DNA of 64,000 nt, taken from the NCBI GenBank assembly GCA_963662275.1, contig OY759316.1, forward strand, positions 1,536,001-1,600,000. Reading direction: 5' to 3'. The notes beneath the pieces were generated by a model. The model saw nothing but the letters and a program-made list of their open reading frames with translations. It did not search any database and had not been told where the DNA came from. The DNA comes from Candidatus Cloacimonadales bacterium. GTDB lineage: Bacteria; Cloacimonadota; Cloacimonadia; Cloacimonadales; DAONDQ01. Positions within the stretch are counted from its first letter, which is position 1. Every line of letters begins with the position of its first letter. The translations under genes were made by a program, and so were the position numbers. Of this stretch, positions 57,273 to 64,000 are shown in pieces.

Positions 57273-60200
57273 CTATTTCAGCAGTACCATTTTTTTAGTT
57301 TGCGTTTGTTTATCTGCATCCATACGATATAAATAGATTCCGCTTGGTACTTGGTTGCCATTATCGTCTGTTCCATTCCAGGTGACTTTATTTTGTCCTG
57401 TCGGATATACGGAATTAACAAGCGTTCTGACTTTCTGACCGCGCAGATTATAGATTTGCAGACTTACCTGTGTACGGTTCTTTAACGAGAATGCAATTTG
57501 AGTTTCGGGATTGAAAGGATTCGGGAAGTTCTGGCTCAGGAATATTCCTGGAGCAACTACATTCGGATCGTTATTCGCAACAAATTCATCAGGTGGATTT
57601 GTTGTAAACTTAATTGCTAAACCGGACTGTAAAATACTTGCAGTTGCAGGATATATACTGGCAAATGAATACTGAATACCATCATTCTGTAATGGGTTTT
57701 CAATACCAACGGTTGCATAATTATTTGCAGCATCAGGGTTATCTATGGTATGATACTGGAAGATAATATCTCCATTATCATTGACACGGGGAACCAGGAT
57801 AACTTGGAATTTCTCATTAGAAGCATTGACACCCAATTCAATATTATAATTATTATAAGCATCACACCATTCAATAATGAAATTGCTGCCATCATATTTA
57901 TAGATTGTCCGCATGTTGGCATAGGTTGAGTCAGTAGCATTGAACAATCCTTTCAAATCATCCCAGTATGGAGCTACCATCGAATATGGACCCAAGGCAG
58001 CCGGGATATTGATATTAGCAAAATTATTCATCCATGAAGATGTGACAAAGGAAATCCAACCGTTTGAACAGATGGTTACACTGTTATAATCCTGACCATA
58101 ATAACGGAAAGTGAAAGGCAGGTTAATTGTGTGTGATATATCATCAGTCATACTAATGGTTGTACCATCTCCATCCAGGGCAGGATCAATTTCTATCCAG
58201 CTATAGGTTGGATGTTGTTCATAATCTGAATCAAAGCTGTCATATGCAAAATAACCATAGGAATCAGGTCCGGTCGGGGCAGTTGTGGTGACAGGTCCAG
58301 CAACCAGGCTGGTATAGCATTTCGTTACATAGCCCTGATCATTTGTTAAAGTGATTGTCAGTGGTATGTTCCTGCCATGGAAACAGTCAGCACTAACTGG
58401 GATGTTCAAATCCAGGGAAGCATTCAAACCGGGTGAAACAGTGATATTGCTAAAATTCTGATCATAGACTGCTGCCGTTGTCATGGAGTGAACGTTGACT
58501 GTACCGGATGTCAAAGCGTTTGTCCCAATATTCTTGATGATCAGATTAACGGCACTAGTCTGTCCAATAATCAGGTTTCCGGTAGTTTGGGAAACTTCAA
58601 ACAAAGGACCACCGGTAAAGAAAGCCATCTTTGCAAGATCATTCGTAAATGGATTATTCAGAGAAAATTCAGCAATGAGATTAGCCGGACAATTTGCAGC
58701 AATATTCAAAGGATAGGTACGTAATACAGTTTGTCCGGCAGTCATCGTACCGAAGTTCTGAGTATCTGTACCAATGCTTACAAAAGAACTGAGACTGGTT
58801 AGAGTACAGTTCACGTTATCTAATGTGTTAGTTGTATAATTTTTGAGTATGATTGATAAATTTACTGAAGTACCTGCATTCAGAACAGGACTGTCAATCG
58901 TGGCAGAAATAACACCAACACCAGCATTTACAATGGTAGTAATGGTTTTTTCGTAAGCATGATAATTTTCACGGGTAATCGTGACTTTCAGATTCCCTGT
59001 TTCTTCAGGATTTACCGGAAGAATAGCATGTCCATTACGAACCACTGCATTGCTGTAGGTTGTATTATTGCGTGTTCCTGTTACTGTTGCTCCATCTAAT
59101 CCCGGAAGAACGATATCTAATGAAGATACTGACTGATTGATCACATCAGGGAGAGACACGTTCATGGTACTTGGTTCCAATACCCACATATTCAGGGAAG
59201 GATCGGATAGAATATTGTAAACATGATAATAGAAGGATACATTCTGGTTGGCAGCATGATCGAGAGGGTACGCATTATATAATTCCACTTTTCCAGCGAG
59301 AACAGCAGCACCGAATGATCGCACACCATGGTCAAAAATACTGGAGAACATACCCGATGAAATCGAATTATTCAGATTTGTTTTGGTATGTAAATCAGAT
59401 GGTCCCACGAAAGCTACACATCCTCCCGGAGTTGCGGCAGTTCCCATAGCCATCCAAACTTCACCAAAGCACTGGTTGTATTGTTCATTGGCAAAGTCAC
59501 CGGTATTACAGACAATTGACATAACAATTGGCATTTTGTTGCCATTATACGTGCTTGGAAGATCGTCAAAATGAAAACGGGGATAGTGCCATCCGGTCAC
59601 ATCCCCCCAGCCACGGTAACTGATGAACTGTGCACCAGCGGTAATAAATGTCTGTATGGATGATGTACCGGGATATATCGGTGATTCAGTAGTATAAAAG
59701 ACAGTATCTACTTGAGTGTATCCATAAGCAAGCATCTTCTCCCGTAACCATTTGGATGTTTGAACTGGAGTGATAGGGTGAAGTCCACCTTCCGCAAAGT
59801 TCCCGGCAACTGTAAGGGCATGATGCATCCAAGCAGGATTGGTTATGGACGGTGTTTTCTCATGGTAGATAGTTTTATTAATAACCGTGAATAAAGAACT
59901 TAGATCAGCCACAGAAAAACGACCGACCTGCATTTCAGGGAAATAATCGTTCCCTTCCAACATGGTGTAATAATTATCATCTGCATCGGTTTCAGTTCCA
60001 TCCGGAGATGTGTACATATTTGTGGGAATTGCATAAGAGCCATTGACATCTCCGATAAGAAGAAGATAATCAGGATGGTTCTGCTGATAATAAGTAGTAA
60101 GATACGTTTTAATTGCTGCAACGGTCGTACCAATATCTGTTTTATACACAACAGAGACATCGAAGCCTTTAGCACGTTTCCAATTCAGGAATGGGGCTAA

Positions 60201-60746
60201 TGCTGAATTTACTGCTGCATTGTTATGAGAGATAATGAGCATTTTTGGTTTACTTTCAGGTATATTACGTAAATAGGAAGATTCATAATTCGCTGCCAGC
60301 AGTTTATAAATCGGGATGAAGGCAGTTGATAAACTGGTTGGAAGGGGTGCACTGTCAGTTGCTACCAGATCATAATCAAGAGATTCAATGATAGAAGTTC
60401 TGTCGCCTAACTGTTTTTTCATCTCGGCTGTTATCGTAAATCCATTCATTTCCCGCATGACAAATTGATTGCTGATTCTAACGCGGTCAGGGGCAATTGC
60501 TCTTAAGGTCTGGATTTTATTCCCTTGGTTGTCGTATTCACTGATTGTCATACTGTGAATTTCCAAACGGGCAGAATTAGCTGGTAATGTGACAGTTTTG
60601 ATATACACATCAGATGCATTTGTTTGATCCATATGCGTATAAGTGCAGTTAACAGCGTTACCGCGTGTTGTGACTGATTCGACAGGACTGGCTGCCAGGC
60701 TTAAACAAAACAAAGCCACTACAGCAATAATCATCAATTTTCTCAT
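57273..60746 (-). CDS. secreted C25 (gingipain-family) cysteine peptidase-like protein with FlgD-like C-terminal domain
   Basis: 'WKRAKGF', 'YLLLIGD', 'D.YY..LEG.DYFPE..VGRFS', 'YRGWG', 'C.TG.F', 'CFGE', 'DPSL'; 'QNFPNPFNP'. Confidence 0.92.
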   Translation of the reverse strand: MRKLMIIAVVALFCLSLAASPVESVTTRGNAVNCTYTHMDQTNASDVYIKTVTLPANSARLEIHSMTISEYDNQGNKIQTLRAIAPDRVRISNQFVMREMNGFTITAEMKKQLGDRTSIIESLDYDLVATDSAPLPTSLSTAFIPIYKLLAANYESSYLRNIPESKPKMLIISHNNAAVNSALAPFLNWKRAKGFDVSVVYKTDIGTTVAAIKTYLTTYYQQNHPDYLLLIGDVNGSYAIPTNMYTSPDGTETDADDNYYTMLEGNDYFPEMQVGRFSVADLSSLFTVINKTIYHEKTPSITNPAWMHHALTVAGNFAEGGLHPITPVQTSKWLREKMLAYGYTQVDTVFYTTESPIYPGTSSIQTFITAGAQFISYRGWGDVTGWHYPRFHFDDLPSTYNGNKMPIVMSIVCNTGDFANEQYNQCFGEVWMAMGTAATPGGCVAFVGPSDLHTKTNLNNSISSGMFSSIFDHGVRSFGAAVLAGKVELYNAYPLDHAANQNVSFYYHVYNILSDPSLNMWVLEPSTMNVSLPDVINQSVSSLDIVLPGLDGATVTGTRNNTTYSNAVVRNGHAILPVNPEETGNLKVTITRENYHAYEKTITTIVNAGVGVISATIDSPVLNAGTSVNLSIILKNYTTNTLDNVNCTLTSLSSFVSIGTDTQNFGTMTAGQTVLRTYPLNIAANCPANLIAEFSLNNPFTNDLAKMAFFTGGPLFEVSQTTGNLIIGQTSAVNLIIKNIGTNALTSGTVNVHSMTTAAVYDQNFSNITVSPGLNASLDLNIPVSADCFHGRNIPLTITLTNDQGYVTKCYTSLVAGPVTTTAPTGPDSYGYFAYDSFDSDYEQHPTYSWIEIDPALDGDGTTISMTDDISHTINLPFTFRYYGQDYNSVTICSNGWISFVTSSWMNNFANINIPAALGPYSMVAPYWDDLKGLFNATDSTYANMRTIYKYDGSNFIIEWCDAYNNYNIELGVNASNEKFQVILVPRVNDNGDIIFQYHTIDNPDAANNYATVGIENPLQNDGIQYSFASIYPATASILQSGLAIKFTTNPPDEFVANNDPNVVAPGIFLSQNFPNPFNPETQIAFSLKNRTQVSLQIYNLRGQKVRTLVNSVYPTGQNKVTWNGTDDNGNQVPSGIYLYRMDADKQTQTKKMVLLK

Positions 60747-60967
60747 AATTTCCTCTCTTCTTTGCAGTTTATCTTGTGTTGTGAATTAGTATTTTTTTTC
60801 TTATTAGAATAGCAAGAACTATTCCTAGTCAGTTATCTTCAGACATTTCTTTGCAGGAATTCAGAAACAGGTATAAAAACAAAAAAGTCTTGCCGTATAT
60901 TTATTACTTTCTAGTATGAATCTAATGTTATTAAGTTCTCTAAAATCATGAAAAAGGAATACACTCC

Positions 60968-61378
60968 ATGCAAAACTGGTTCATCTTTGCTCTTTTAGCT
61001 CTCATTTTCTATGGATTGTGGGGTTTTTTCCCAAAAATGGCAACCCTTCATTTAGATGCTAAAAGCATCATATTTTATGAAACATTAGGAATTCTATTTG
61101 TCGCAGTTCTCATGTATTTCTTTATTCCCGGTAAAATTAATACGAATACTAAAGGCGTTCTTTTTTCCGTATTAACGGGCATTGCCGGTATGGTTGGCAC
61201 GTTGTTTTTTCTCTTAGCATTAAAAAATGGAAAAGCATCCATTATTATATTGTTTACTGCACTGTATCCACTGGTAAGTGTATTACTTGTACAATTCATC
61301 CTGAAAGAAAGCATCACTTTGAAACAAGGAATAGGTATGGTTTTCGCTCTAATGGCTATCATCCTATTTTCTTCCTGA
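60968..61378 (+). CDS. EamA/DMT family transporter
   Basis: Five TM segments; 'AL..GKAS...ALYP......L.E'. Confidence 0.9.
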   Translation: MQNWFIFALLALIFYGLWGFFPKMATLHLDAKSIIFYETLGILFVAVLMYFFIPGKINTNTKGVLFSVLTGIAGMVGTLFFLLALKNGKASIIILFTALYPLVSVLLVQFILKESITLKQGIGMVFALMAIILFSS

Positions 61379-61434
61379 ATCATGATATTTTCCAAGTAAC
61401 AGGTTCACAATTGAGTAGCTTGAATAAATTATAT

Positions 61435-62379
61435 CTATGGTTCCAGTGATTGGATATGATTTGCGTTGGCTGAACACGATTTTATCCTGCATTCCGCACA
61501 GTTTTCATTACATGGCTCAAGATGAATACTCACACGGGAGTCCTTGAAGTGTGATTCTAAATGCTCCTGGATATGATGTGCCATATCATGAGCCTCTTTC
61601 ACAGGCTGATGGGCATGGAACTGTAAAGTGAGGTCGATCATGATTGTTGAACCTGATTTTCTGGTGGCTATATTACGATAAGCATAAATATGGGGAACAT
61701 GCTCTGCCAGGATTTCTTCGATTTCAAGGATGGATGAACCTGGTAATCCTGCATCTAACAGATCTTTTGCTGACTTAATGGAGAGATGGATTCCAATATA
61801 GAAAATGTAGATGGCAATCAGGATAGAAATAATTGGATCAATGATGGTAATTCCTGTCAGCCTAATTGCAATTAAACCACCCATGACTCCCAGGCAGGTA
61901 TAAACATCTACAGCCAGGTGTGCCCCGTCAGTCTCGAGGGCAATGGAGTTCGTTTCTTTTGCAATTTGATGTAATTTACGTGAAACAAATATATTCACCA
62001 ATGCTGATAAAAGCATCACACCAATTGCAGAATCGATCAATTCGATTTTGTGGGGGTTGAACAGCTTAGGAAAAGCTTCTGAACAGATTAATGCACCTGC
62101 AACAATGATAAGAGCCGATTCAATGATGCCGGAGAGATTCTCATATTTGCCATGTCCATAGGGATGACCTTCATCTGCTGGCTTGGAAGCCTGGCGGATG
62201 GCATAGAAAGCGATCAGGGCAGCAAATAGATCTATTGCGGAATGAATACTTTCAGAGAGAATGGAAATGGAACCTGATAACTGCCAGATGATGAGTTTGA
62301 TGAATATCAAGACAGAATTTGAGATAATAGACATCCTAGCCCATAGCATCTTCTTCTGATTCAGGATAGCAACAGTCAT
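61435..62379 (-). CDS. cation diffusion facilitator transporter
   Basis: 'SESIHS..D', 'KPAD..HPYGHGKYE', 'H...D', 'IHLEP'. Confidence 0.95.
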   Translation of the reverse strand: MTVAILNQKKMLWARMSIISNSVLIFIKLIIWQLSGSISILSESIHSAIDLFAALIAFYAIRQASKPADEGHPYGHGKYENLSGIIESALIIVAGALICSEAFPKLFNPHKIELIDSAIGVMLLSALVNIFVSRKLHQIAKETNSIALETDGAHLAVDVYTCLGVMGGLIAIRLTGITIIDPIISILIAIYIFYIGIHLSIKSAKDLLDAGLPGSSILEIEEILAEHVPHIYAYRNIATRKSGSTIMIDLTLQFHAHQPVKEAHDMAHHIQEHLESHFKDSRVSIHLEPCNENCAECRIKSCSANANHIQSLEP

Positions 62380-62404
62380 TCATCCTCTCTTTTTGATGCA
62401 TTGC

Positions 62405-62428
62405 AAAAAAGGCAGGAAAACCTGCCTT
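62405..62428 (-). terminator. terminator after tRNA-Pro
   Basis: AAGGCAGG-TTTT-CCTGCCTT followed by a T-run on the minus strand. Confidence 0.75.
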
Positions 62429-62445
62429 GTATACGATAAAAAATA

Positions 62446-62523
62446 TGGTCGGGATGACAGGATTTGAACCTGCGACCACTTGAACCCCATTCAAGTACGC
62501 TACCCGGACTGCGCTACATCCCG
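62446..62523 (-). tRNA. tRNA-Pro (GGG)
   Basis: Reverse complement CGGGATGTAGCGCAG...CTTGA-ATGGGGT-TCAAG...GGTTCAAATCC...CCCGACCA folds as a cloverleaf with encoded CCA. Confidence 0.97.
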
Positions 62524-62582
62524 AACCTGATGGCAAGGAATTCAAAGCGAGTCAGATTGACAAGTTATTTTTGACATACAGT

Positions 62583-62802
62583 GGTTAGGTGTTAGGTGTT
62601 AGGGGTTAGGGGTTAGGGGTTAGGGGTTAGGTATAGATAATGAGCATTGCCGAAGATATCGGATATTTAACTAGAAAAGAGACTAAAGAATGTCATCCAT
62701 ACAAATGAGATCTTTTATCCCTGACTTGATCGGTGATTATGTACTCTGTTCCTAACCCCTAACACCTAACCCCTAACACCTAGCACCTAGCACCTAGCAC
62801 CT
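62583..62802. repeat. inverted pair of 7-bp tandem arrays (TTAGG[T/G]G)n ... (CCTAAC[A/C])n/(CCTAGCA)n
   Basis: Arrays at 62583-62631 and 62751-62802. Confidence 0.9.
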
Positions 62803-63827
62803 TCTCCGACTTCCATTGCCTGGCTATATTCACCTCGTCGAGCAGCCCAATTACATTTGGCTCTATGAAGCAACGCTTTCTGTGCAGCCACGGTATTTGC
62901 CTCTTTACCTTTCCAAAGATCTAATGCGGGTTGCTGTATAGCCCTGGCAAAGGAAAAGGCTAATGCCCAGGGTAATTGAGATTTGAATTGAACATTCATG
63001 GCATTCAATCGGGCTGAGGCAAGTTCAGCGGTTTGACCGCCTGATAAAAAGGCGATTCCAGGCACGGCAGCAGGAACAGATCGTAAGAAACATTTAACCG
63101 TGGCGTTGGCGATTTCGTCTTCAGTTTCCTGAGTAGGATATTCCAATCCGGGAACCACCATGTTGGGTTTGAGGATCATTCCTTCTATCACAACACGTTG
63201 CAGATAAAGCTGGTTAAAGACTGTTCTCAAGACTTTTTCCGTTATTTCGAAACACTGCTCCAGGGAATGGCTTCCATCCATGAGAACTTCCGGTTCAACA
63301 ATTGGGACTAGACCGGTTTCCTGGCATAAAGCTGCATAACGGGCAAGAGCATGTGCATTTGCTTCAAGACATCCTTGACTGGGAATTGTACCATTACCGA
63401 TGGTGATGACAGCTCGCCATTTTGCAAAATGGGCTCCCATCTGATAGTATTCAGAAAGACGATTACGCAATCCGTCTAATCCTTCTGTAATTTTTTCATT
63501 AGGAAAACCTGCCAAGGGTATAGAACCTGAATCGACTTTGATACCTGGAATGATACCGGCATCCTGTATTAATTTCATAAAAGGTGTACCATCTTTTTGG
63601 GATTGACGTATAGTCTCATCATATAGGATAACACCGCTAATGTAATTACCCAATCCTGGGGTGGTAATAATCAATTCCCGATAGGCTCGGCGGTATTCTT
63701 CTGTCTGGGGTATCCCTGCTTTTTCAAAGCGCTTGTTGCAGGTAGGTGTGCTCTCATCCATAGCGAGAAGACCTTTATCATCAGCAACCATAGCCTTAGC
63801 CGTAGTAATCAATTCTTTGAAATTCAT
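62787..63827 (-). CDS. fba: fructose-bisphosphate aldolase class I
   Basis: 'KGLLAMDES', 'GIKVD', 'FAKWR', 'VPIVEPEV', 'LKPNM', 'FLSGGQ'. Confidence 0.96.
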   Translation of the reverse strand: MNFKELITTAKAMVADDKGLLAMDESTPTCNKRFEKAGIPQTEEYRRAYRELIITTPGLGNYISGVILYDETIRQSQKDGTPFMKLIQDAGIIPGIKVDSGSIPLAGFPNEKITEGLDGLRNRLSEYYQMGAHFAKWRAVITIGNGTIPSQGCLEANAHALARYAALCQETGLVPIVEPEVLMDGSHSLEQCFEITEKVLRTVFNQLYLQRVVIEGMILKPNMVVPGLEYPTQETEDEIANATVKCFLRSVPAAVPGIAFLSGGQTAELASARLNAMNVQFKSQLPWALAFSFARAIQQPALDLWKGKEANTVAAQKALLHRAKCNWAARRGEYSQAMEVGEGARC

Positions 63828-64000
63828 TTTAAACTCCTTTTCAACTGACTGAAATACTGAGATGATAACTTATCCGTACGAAATCATTCTAGTGGATAAA
63901 GTTAATGATAAGATATGCGGAAATGATGATAAGACAACAGCAAAGTCGATTTCATTGTAATCTCATGATATCCAAAATTATAGCAATGTAGGTATTTACG

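Noticed and set aside
62446..62523. tRNA-Pro as the integration site of the island or prophage
   Set aside because: No duplicated tRNA 3' end or integrase seen in the window; the prophage is of a transposable type.
62336..62545. 69-aa minus-strand ORF
   Set aside because: Overlaps tRNA-Pro; spurious.

Overview
Bacterial chromosomal DNA. The C25-peptidase and FG-GAP proteins with FlgD-like 'NPFNP..IYNLRGQ.V' C-termini suggest Ca. Cloacimonadota or a relative (inference). Bases 1-~22527 are the late region and probable right end of a Mu-like (transposable) siphophage. It carries a Mor-like regulator and a minus-strand block of MuF, portal, terminase, gpG, gp36 and gp37. A divergent plus-strand block follows: protease/scaffold, capsid, lysis and tail genes, a -1 frameshifting tail chaperone and the tape measure gene. 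A class C group II intron (683-2794) sits behind a terminator, antisense to the last codons of the MuF gene. That terminator closes an unannotated, promoter-driven ~105-nt structured RNA convergent on the MuF-nuclease gene. Bases 22.6-33.4 kb are mostly housekeeping (sdpR/sdpI, DUF3667 x2, uppP, holA, malQ, wrbA, UDG, gmk, gcvH). Bases 33.5-54 kb form an accessory/defence region: a SNF2-DUF3883 / DUF3644 / DUF1156 / DUF499 / PD-(D/E)XK operon, RecQ-PRTase + DprA behind a truncated hsdM, and two 152-aa paralogues sharing an upstream motif. The remainder holds secreted proteins, transporters, tRNA-Pro and a class I aldolase. Throughout, GTAG-type REP palindromes, CCCT hairpins and 7-nt tandem repeats are abundant, and several lie in frame inside phage structural genes. 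All family calls come from motif recognition by eye; no searches were run.
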